From: Mizuhopecten yessoensis
Lineage: Eukaryota
Length of the DNA: 64,000 bases
NCBI RefSeq assembly: GCF_002113885.1
Contig: NW_018479853.1
Span: forward strand, 1-64,000
Reading direction: 5' to 3'
How positions within the stretch are numbered: position 1 is the stretch's first letter; every line of letters starts with the position of its first letter. This document shows positions 25,401-36,300 of the stretch, in pieces. Position numbers and translations under genes: made by a program. Below the pieces are notes generated by a model. It worked only from the letters and a program-made list of their open reading frames with translations, searched no databases and was not told the DNA's origin.

Positions 25401-28400
25401 TGGCGAGTCGCTGTACTGCGAATGAGCAAATCGGATAAAGCTTGCCAAAAGGTGCTCTTTTAGCTCAATATAATTATTTTGATGCGATACTACAAATTGT
25501 TCGCAATAAATCGTTAATAATTTTCTTTAATTGAAAACGTTCATATTGAATGGTACATACCATTCAGTATAATAACATACCTGTCCATCCGTTCAGACAG
25601 GTACATAGGTATTTGTTGGTTGGGATATCTGTACAAGTACCACCATTGTGACAAGGTTTTGTTACACAGGAGTGGTCTGGTATACTACACCGGAATCCCA
25701 CCCATCCTGTCGGTACAAACAGGCTATTTATCCAGTTATAATAGACAGGTGTATTTATTAATGGAGTAGAAAGTTTGACGGAGACACACAATGTTGTCCT
25801 AAATAATGTTATATGTCGAATCATAAAAATAAAGTTTGATGAAGATAATAATTCGATAATAAATGCTTTTAATTAAATGACACCCACACTAATGTCATCC
25901 ATTTTACCAATAAGGTAGCCAGCAACAACTCTGTCTACACACACATATCTTTTGTCTCTTTAAGTTAAATACTTTATAAACATATGCATATATTTTGTTC
26001 CAGAAAGGTAACTTTATATAATACGAATATTCATAGGTACATCGTTTATCTCTACAAGATAAAAACTATGTAATGTCGGGTACGCGTATAATGTCTCTAC
26101 ATTATCAACGCTATATGATACCTGCTAAGCATATATATTTGTTTTTACAAGATTTAACCAACATTTAGCCGGTAAACATATATTAAGTGTCTACAATGTT
26201 AATAAAAGATAATATCGAAAGTATTATAATTTGTATAACCAGATAAACACCATATATACCTGGTAAGCATAGTTTTTGGCCGCTACTACTACAGTTGTAC
26301 TTGGGTAGCAATGGTCGACACGATACGGAACAGTCGCCATAGTAATGCTGCTCACACACAATTCTGTACTGTATAACCAATCTAAAAACAAACAGCACGT
26401 GTTTCCCATACCTCAATAATATTAAACACAATACAATCCTATTTCCGTTGAAAAGATGCATTTTTTTTTTTTTACAATTTCGATATTTTGATGTACGTGA
26501 ATGATCGGCCAAATTATCTTCCTATTCTAACATAAAATCTACCCCGATCCTTTCTACTGTATGTCGACTATGATTCTTAATTATGACCAAACAAACGTCT
26601 ACAAAAGTCTACAAACGAAAACCTACCCTAAATGTTTCGACGAAAGGTCTACCTCGAACACTGTAAATGGAGGTCAGCCGTCAATCCTGACAGCCGAAGA
26701 TCTATCGCGACCTCAACATCCTAAGGTCTACGTCAATCCAAGCATCCAAAATCTACCTCAACCCTACCATTCTAAGGTCTACCCTGATCCTTTAAGCTGA
26801 TGGCCTATTCAAAATATTGAAAAGAAAGTATTAAACAGATAATTACCATTTAATGTCTGCTCCAATCCTTACGAATGAAGGTCTATCCTAACCCTTACAG
26901 CCGTAGGTCTATTTAAAGCCATGCTATATTGTACTTACTCAGCTGCCCCTCCTTTGATAGGCTTGGTGGTATTGTGCAGCAGTATGCCGTTTTGGTCAAC
27001 AGGTCCTGTTATTTGGTGATCTACTGATCCGATTAGGTCATCACTACCCAAAAAAGTCGTCCCATCTCTGTCAAGTACGTCTACTTTCACGTGTATTCCG
27101 GACTAGTTACAGGAAAAGGAAAGGTGCACGAAACACCGAGAGAATGTGAAAAATAGGACGCATTATGATAAATACAACAAATGATGAAGGTAACACGATG
27201 GTGTTTAACACAACGAGAAATAAAGAAGAGTGACATGTCCCGGAGTGAAGTGTACACTGTCATTGATGAATAATATAGCAATGTGGCTATAGGTGTAGCA
27301 TTCCCAAAATGATGAGTTTATTCCAAATGTTTAGCAATTGTTGTTTTATATACACAGTACCTACCCCCATTGATGTTTTATATACACAGTACCTACCCCC
27401 ATTGATGTTTTATATACACAGTACCTACCCCCTTTGTTGTTTTATATACACAGTACCTACCGCCCTTGTTGTTTTATATACACAGTACCTCCCCCCCATT
27501 ATTGTTTTATATAAAAAAAAAGTACCCTGTCCCTCCCCCCCCCCCTCCTCAATTGTTGTGTTTCATATAAAAAGTACCTACCCCCCAATTGTTGAATGTC
27601 TTTACGATGGGATTAGGCATGGTTCTGATGACATTGCCGAACCTGATGGTGTCCGTATTGTCGTACACCTCTGTCTTCACACTACCGTACTCACACCTTA
27701 ATAACATAAGCAGCAGTCGTAATCAAGGCTGCATACGTGTAAAGGACGTAACTTTTGTTGTTACACTTGGGCATCATCAATAGATGCAATATATATATAT
27801 GTGTACACAGTAAGGTGCAATACAAGTATGTAGTGAATGTAACGAAGACTGTAACAGGCAGACACAATCAACATATTTCATTCACGAAGCTGATGTTTAT
27901 CACCTAATAAGTCATAAAAGCAACTAACAATTTATGTATTTATAAAATAAAATCGTATAGAGTTCCTATTAAATGGGGTGTTATTCGCTGTTATTGCGAA
28001 AATCTACAACAAAACATACCATAAGAATCGTCCCGAGTACAGTTTGCCAATGCAGATAAACTTGTAGTTATGATATGAGACAATGGGTTAGCCACAGGTT
28101 TAATTACTCGAGTTACACAATAACTATGTCGATGGAGATGAGTAACACTCACCCAGAACTGGACAGAAGTCCCACACATATTTTGAAGAACGGATCACAC
28201 TCGTTGGCACCACATCCGCTGGTACTCAGACTCTCACAGCACTGGCCTGTGGCGTCTTTGTGTGAGGGGTTGGAGTAAGAGAGAAACCGGATGTACACCG
28301 TACCACCAGCCATTACCTGTCAGGAGTATCGGGTATTCTTACTGATAATGTGTGAGGATGAATCAAACAAAAGATAGGTTAAGGAGTCATGTCTGAATGT

Positions 28401-28579
28401 ACAAATATGTATTCTCTTGGTTATTATGCAACAATTTCAAAATGATAAAAATGGCTGAGAAGGAATTTCAATGTAAAAAAGTGTGAAAATAAATAAGTAA
28501 TTGAGTCCCGACATTGTTATATTACCTCCATGATTCCGTACACAAGCGACAAGATAACAAAATGACCGACGGACATCAT
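22381..28579 (-). CDS. Gene B: Delta-like type I membrane protein (signal peptide, MNNL/C2, DSL, one EGF, Ser/Thr mucin-like stalk, small juxtamembrane region, TM helix, cytoplasmic tail), 589 aa, 11 exons
   Basis: Exons 28579-28526 (MMSVGHFVILSLVYGIME), 28316-28153, 27696-27582, 27102-26939, 26381-26260 (CEQHYYGDCSVSCRP...YNCSSSGQKLCLPG), 25706-25581 (CVTKPCHNGGTC...CTCLNGWTG), 24801-24367 (S/T-rich), 23961-23832, 23459-23363, 23146-22989 (VIGGVLGALFLIAILGVAAFFLY) and 22585-22381. All GT-AG with phases chaining correctly, 1770 nt in total. Confidence 0.88.
27338..27590 (-). repeat. About 32-bp array of the gene B exon-3 end plus donor (caatggggg|gtaggtactgtgtatataaaa), about 6 copies
   Basis: Matches the real junction at 27582/27581. 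Confidence 0.8.
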
Positions 28580-28782
28580 GGTGATGATGGAAGCCAGGAC
28601 ACTTGCAGTAGTAACATGGAGTTCCTTGGTCTGTGTGGCGGTATATCAGCACCATCACGTGTCTCACTAATAACAATGTGTGAAGTGGCCCACTTTTATG
28701 ACTTATTACTTCAGATTTCAATATGTTTCTTTTACTCCTCACTACTTTTTATTTCCTTGCGCTTTGCTTGGCAATATCTCAT

Positions 28783-29150
28783 TTTTGGCTTTAATGTTGA
28801 ACGTTCGCCTAAGTGATGAAATGATACGGGTTCTGTCCCAAGGCATACCAAAGACCTTATAAATTGTAGCTGTTATTACCTGCTTAACATTTAATGTTTA
28901 GAGTAATGCCAACTCCTGGTTCATCTGTTGTCAGTATAATGTGACCGGGTAGATCTTGTGCTGGGTGCCTTCAACAGACATAACAGAGCAAAACAGGAGT
29001 CGACCTTTGGACCTCCTTTCTGTTTCGTTATGCTACCATGTGTGTTGTGTATGTGTGCTTACAGGAGGCATGGCATGTTTGTGTTATTGCCTCCTTGTGA
29101 TATCGCGGAACTGATGCCGAATTTTTAATGCTATCTCACTGAAATACCAA
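28783..29150. mobile_element. Rearranged tRNA-head SINE remnant (5' half on plus, 3' part inverted)
   Basis: 28783-28955 matches the reverse complement of 44690-44875; 29035-29150 matches 44540-44660 directly. Confidence 0.6.
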
Positions 29151-30390
29151 ACGAAAAAAAATATACCGTAACGAGTTTTCTACGTCTCGTATAAAATGGA
29201 AAGGAAGTTAATATGCTTGTAAAACATGTAGTTGTCAAATACACCGATTTCCCCGAAATGTCTTTCGCGAAGTTTAAAAATGTACCGGTATGGCTCTATA
29301 TATATATTGTCCCCATTGTGACGTCATCATATAATCTTTGACGGCTGTGATATTATTTGGTTTTATTACGTCAAATGTTAATTTCTTCGTGTAAAGCTTC
29401 GTGTGTTCTATTAAGTACAATACCGTTTTCCACGACCCTGCCCCTTGACCACGGGTGGCGATCATTGACTCCGGGCACTAATCCTCGTGACTCCATTTCC
29501 TGCAGGCGCTATTCCTCTATGGTTCTGTTTGATTTTAGCTGAAGTGACGTCATATTGCGCTGTCATAACATAATATGTTCGACGTCAAACATGTCTTCAT
29601 GCTCTGCAGTAATAACGAAATAGTCGATTTGGAACAAGAAACGCAAAGGACGGCACAACAAAACAAGTAAGTGTCAAGATCACGAATGCCATGGACTTTG
29701 CGGTTCGAGAAACAGAGAGCGATTCCGATATTGAGATTATGACAATAACTGATCTCGACGATATTGTAAGAGACTTGAATACCTATATTGGAAATTATAT
29801 GGGGAACACTAAAAGTTCGTTGTGTGCGATTGGCAGAGATCCACTGTTATCTCCATGAGGCTCCGGGCGATAAAGACTTAGATATTTTTAATAACCAGCG
29901 TTTAATAAAGACACATCTTACTTTAAACTTCAACAGTTTGGTAACACTAGCCGGGGAAGGGGGAACGTTGTCGTAATACACAAACAGCCCACTCAACAAG
30001 GTTTGTTCAACCTTTTAAAGCTAAAATTTAACAGAGCTCTATCTATCTATTTCTACGAAATTTTATATTATTTTGATATTGATCTTCAATTATATAATAT
30101 TCTATTGTTTTCTACAAATTTAAATAGCGTAAAACGGGCGATAAAATAATAATGAATTATGAAGTCACAATAAGATCGATAATGATCACGTCATGAATAT
30201 GTGTATGTCTTGCCTATATGCGGTCGTTTGTTTAAGACTATGAATAAATAAAAACAATCAACAATGTATATCACGTCATTTGTTTTAACTTTTACAATTA
30301 TTGTTTTGTCAACATACAAAAAGTAGTTGTAGAGGCACACCACGTTCGATCGTCCAGGGGTCAAGGCGCTATCATGCTGACGTCCAGGGG

Positions 30391-33300
30391 TTAAGGCGCT
30401 ATCATGATGACGTCGGGTGTCCAGGCGCCGTGTACTGGTGTCTCACAGTTATGTCCTGAAGTACAATACTGAGTACTAGGAACTTTATCACTACTGTAGT
30501 AAACAATGTATACAGCAGATCTCGACTCACAGTTATGTCCTGAAGTACAATACTTAGTTCTAGGAACTTTATCACTACTGTAGTAAATAATTTATCCAGC
30601 AGACCTCGACTCACAGTTATGTCCTGAAGTACAATAATGAGTACTAGGAACTTTATCACTACTATAGTATAAAATGTATACAGCAGACCTCGACTCACAG
30701 TTATATCCTGAAGTACAATACTGAGTACTAGGAACTTTAGCACTACTATAGTATACAATGTATCCAGCAGACCTCGCCTCACAGTTATGTCCTGAAGTAC
30801 AATACTGAGTTCTAGGAACTTTATCACTACTATAGTATACAATGTATCCAGCAGCCCTCGACTCACAGTTATGTCCTGAAGTACAAGACTGAGTACTAGG
30901 AACTTTATCACTACTGTAGTAAACAATGTATACAGCAGATCTCGACTAACAGTAATGTCCTGAAGTACAATACTGAGTACTAGGAACCTTATCACTACTA
31001 TAGTATACAATGTATCCAGCAGCCCTCGACTCACAGTTATGTCCTGAAGTACAATAATGAGTACTAGGAACTTTATCACTACTATAGTATAAAATGTATA
31101 CAGCAGACCTCGACTCACAGTTATATCCTGAACTACAATACTGAGTACTAGGAACTTTATCGCTGCTATAGTATACAATGTATCCAGCAGACCTCGCCTC
31201 ACAGTTATGTCCTGAAGTACAATACTGAGTACTCGGAACTTTATCACTACTATAGTATACAATGTATCCAGCAGCCCTCGACTCACAGTTATGTCCTGAA
31301 GTACAATCCTTAGTTCTAGGAACTTTATCACTACTGTAGTAAACAATGTATCCAGCAGATCTCGACTCACAGTTATGTCCTGAAGTACAATAATGAGTAC
31401 TAGGAACTTTATCACTACTATAGTATACAATGTATCCAGCAGACCTCGCCTCACAGTTATGTCCTGAAGTACAATACTGAGTTCTAGGAACTTTATCACT
31501 ACTATAGTATACAATGTGTCCAGCAGACCTCGACTCACAGTTATGTCCTTAAGTACAATACTGAGTACTAGGAACTTTATCACAACTGTAGTAAACAATG
31601 TATCCAGCAGACCTCGACTCACAGTTATGTCCTAAAGTACAATACTGAGTACTAGGAACTTTATCACTACTGTAGTAAACAATGTATACAGCAGATCTCG
31701 ACTAACAGTAATGTCCTGAAGTACAATACTGAGTACTAGGAACTTTAGCACTACTATAGTATACAATGTATCCAGCAGACCTCGACTCACAGTTATATCC
31801 TGAACTACAATACTGAGTACTAGGAACTTTATCGCTGCTATAGTATACAATGTATCCAGCAGACCTCGCCTCACAGTTATGTCCTGAAGTACAATACTGA
31901 GTTCTAGGAACTTTATCACTACTATAGTATACAATGTGTCCAGCAGACCTCGACTCACAGTTATGTCCTAAAGTACAATACTGAGTACTAGGAACTTTAT
32001 CACTCCTGTAGTAAACAATGTATCCAGCAGATCTCGACTCACAGTTATGTCCTGAAGTACAATCCTTAGTTCTAGGAACTTTATCACTACTGTAGTAAAC
32101 AATGTATCCAGCAGATCTCGACTCACAGTTATGTCCTGAAGTATAATACTGAGTACTAGGAACTTTTGTCACTACTGTAGTAAACAACGAATTCAATAGA
32201 CCTCGACGCACAGCCATGTCCTGAAGTGGCGGTTGTGTGGGATGTTGGAGAAGGTTTACCTGTCCACTCTGGTGTACACATACAGAAGTGGCGATTGTGT
32301 GAGATGTTGGAAAAAGTTTACCTGTCCACTCTGCTGTACACATACAGAAGTGGTGGTTGTGTGAGATGTTGGAAAAGGTTTACCTGTCCACTCTGCTGTA
32401 CACATACAGAAGTGGTGGTTGTGTGAGATGTTGGAGAAGGTTTACCTGTCCACTCTGCTGTACACATACAGAGGTGGTGGTTGTGTGGGATGTTGGAGAA
32501 GGTTTACCTGTCCACTCTGCTGTACACATACAGAAGTGGTGGTTGTGTGGGATGTTGGAGAAGGTTTACCTGTCCACTCTGCTGTACACATACAGAAGTG
32601 GTGGTTGTGTGGGATGTTGGAGAAGGTTTACCTGTCCACTCTGCTGTACACATACAGAAGTGGTGGTTGTGTGGGATGTTGGAGAAGGTTTACCTGTCCA
32701 CTCTGCTGTACACATACAGAAGTGGTGGTTGTGTGGGATGTTGGAGAAGGTTTACCTGTCCACTCTGCTGTACACATACAGAAGTGGTGGTTGTGTGGGA
32801 TGTTGGAGAAGGTTTACCTGTCCACTCTGCTGTACACATACAGAAGTGGTGGTTGTGTGGGATGTTGGAGAAGGTTTACCTGTCCACTCTGCTGTACACA
32901 TACAGAAGTGGTGGTTGTGTGGGATGTTGGAGAAGGTTTACCTGTCCACTCTGCTGTACACATACAGAAGTGGTGGTTGTGTGGGATGTTGGAGGAGGTT
33001 TACCTGTCCACTCTGCTGTACACATACAGAAGTGGTGGTTGTGTGAGATGTTGGAGAAGGTTTACCTGTCCACTCTGCTGTACACATACAGAAGTGGTGG
33101 TTGTGTGGGATGTTGGAGAAGGTTTACCTGTCCACTCTGCTGTACACATACAGAAGTGGTGGTTGTGTGGGATGTTGGAGAAGGTTTACCTGTCCACTCT
33201 GCTGTACACATACAGAAGTGGTGGTTGTGTGGGATGTTGGAGAAGGTTTACCTGTCCACTCTGCTGTACACATACAGAAGTGGTGGTTGTGTGGGATGTT

Positions 33301-36300
33301 GGAGAAGGTTTACCTGTCCACTCTGCTGTACACATACAGAAGTGGTGGTTGTGTGGGATGTTGGAGAAGGTTTACCTGTCCACTCTGCTGTACACATACA
33401 GAAGTGGTGGTTGTGTGGGATGTTGGAGAAGGTTTACCTGTCCACTCTGCTGTACACATACAGAAGTGGTGGTTGTGTGAGATGTTGGAGAAGGTTTACC
33501 TGTCCACTCTGCTGTACACATACAGAAGTGGTGGTTGTGTGGGATGTTGGAGAATGTTTACCTGTCCATTCTGCTGTACACATACAGAGGTGGTGGTTTT
33601 GTGAGATGTTTGAGAAGGTTTACCTGTCCACTCTGCTGTACACATACAGACGTGGTGTTTGTGTGAGATGTTGGAGGAGGTTTACCTGTCCACTCTGCTG
33701 TACACATAAATAAGTGGTTGTTGTGTGGGATGTTAGAGAAGGTTTACCTGTTCACTCTGCTGTACACATACAGAAGTGGTGGTTGTGTGAGATGTTGGAG
33801 GAGGTTTACCTGTCCACTCTGCTGTACACATACAGACGTGGTGGGTGGTGGTTGTGTGAGAGTTTGGAGAAGGTTGACCCGTCCACTCTGCTGTACACAT
33901 ACAGAGGTGGTGGTGATATGGGATGTTGGTGAAGATTTACCTGTCCACTCTGCTGTACACATACAGACGTGGTGGTTGTGTGAGATGTTGGAGGGGGTTT
34001 ACCTGTCCACTCTGCTGTACACATACAGGGGTGGTGGTGATATGGGATGTTGGTGAAGATTTACCTGTCCACTCTGCTGTGCACATACAGAACTGGTGGT
34101 TGTGTGGGATGTTGGAGAAGATTTACCTGTCCACTCTGCTGTACACATACAGACGTGGTGGGGGGTGGTTGTGTGAGAGTTTGGAGAAGGTTGACCCGTC
34201 CACTCTGCTGTACATGGTTGTGTGGGATGTTGGAGGAGGTTTACCTGTCCACTCTGCTGTACACATACAGAAGTGCAGGTTGTGTGGGATGTTGGAGAAG
34301 GTTTACCTGTCCATTCTGCTGTACTCATACAGAAGTGGTGGTTGTGTGAGATGTTGGAGGAGGGTTACCTGTCCACTCTGTTGTACACATACAGAAGTGG
34401 TGGTTGTGTGGGATGTTGGGGAAGGTTTACCTGTCCACTCTGCTGTACACATACAGAAGTGGTGGTTGTGTGGGATGTTGGTACACGTTCCACCATGGCG
34501 ACAGGGATTGGTCCCACAGGTATCATCTCTGACGTCACAACGGCCACCTTTCCAACCTAAATTTCGACACCAGAGTATCATAAGACAAGAACGATGATTA
34601 GATGTACTGCAAAATGACGTCTTTTAGGCATTAAATAACCCCTGTCGTGGAAACAGATGAACATTTTCAAAAATGTATTTGAGACTACAACATAAAATAC
34701 TAACGATCTTTCTCTGAATATCATGCTCTGGTAGATGTCGGACAAACTGCTTACGGACAAACTTACAACATAACGTTTTCAGAGATCATGACTATGGGCA
34801 GGTATTCATAGAATATTACACTGTATTTTCAGGGTTTGTCCTAAAAACCGTTTTGTCATTGCTAGCACGTGAGGCCAATCGAGAGGCCACCGCAGATCAC
34901 TTTTTGTGTGGATATCTTTTTACGAGTTAGGACGTCACCTATCGCGAGCAGTTCTCATCGCGAGCAAGTGGATAAAATCGAGAGGTGGACTCGAGATTTT
35001 ATCTACGTGCGAGCGATGAGAAAATTGTTCGAATGACAAACACTGAAAATACTGTATGATAAACTATTTATCATCTATAGACTACTATCTTAAGTATTTC
35101 TACATTTAAAAAACTCAACTAAACACTATGTTTTCCAAATGACTTCTAAGCTCAATGGTCAACGATCGTCTGTGACAAACGTAAACAAATAGAAGTTTTG
35201 CGCGGAGGAATACAATGAACCTTAGACTACTACTTAAAACTACGTAGAAAAAATATTTTTTAATCAATCCTATCGTCATTGGTTTTTCCATATGCACATT
35301 TACACCTGAAATGGTGTTGTTATTCTCACAATATTTTTTTGTAACTTTGTATTGATATGTTCATGACGGACTATTTTCTTACGCGGATCACTTTTGTGTG
35401 GAAACTAATTCCGGTTTCGGACGTCATCTGGCGCAAGCGGACGCTCTTTTTTGAGAAAATACATTCCCAAGTGCTGGGGAATGGGAAAATCCCTTCTCAA
35501 CTTCTTCTCATACTGGCAACCAATGCTAATTAATTTATCATGCTACCGGTAGGTGGTATAAAGTAGTATATAGATAATAAATCCATTCCCAAGTACTCCG
35601 CTATTTGTTCTTAAGCCGTTCTCAACTTCTTCTTGAGTATTCTCAGACTGACAACCAGTGATAATGAATTTATTATGCTTCAGGTAGCTGTTTAAGTCGT
35701 ATATAGATGTTACAAAGTTATTTATCATGATAACATTAAGATATACGTTATTTCTTTGAGGATCATTCTAATTATATTACTCAGTATTCCTCGTTGCTTC
35801 GTTGTTACTACCCTGGTTCTCGCCTCGACAAGGTAACATGACTGGGATTTTGACGACGACTTTCGATGGACAGAGGACGCTTACCCTTCTAGAACACCTC
35901 ATTTTATTCGCCTGATACCTTTTCCATAGTCTCCATTTAAGTATTTTCTTTGTTCATATTTTACCCTAGCTTTATCGATTTTGTGTTCAAAATATTGTTT
36001 TGATGACTTTCAAATAATTTTGACAAAGACTGTTGCATAAATGATTCGTAAACCCAACTCCTTTTCCTCTATTGTTTAATCACTTTCTCTTAATTCTTTA
36101 ATTAGAAGTAATAAACTTTACAGCTTTTTGTGTACTTTATAATAAGTATTGTTTAACTCGAGTTGTTCTTTACTGAAATCCGACGTAAGTATCACATAGC
36201 AGCGAAATAGACTATAACAAGGGTACTTGTTCATAAGATGTTTGTATTGCACAAGTGTATTATGCATATTAATAAATGTCACGATAAGTTTAACGCACAC

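Noticed and set aside
32357-34597. Long Cys/Trp-rich plus-strand ORFs (up to 410 aa)
   Set aside because: They are antisense readings of the 62-bp donor array and are open in all three frames only because the unit lacks stops.
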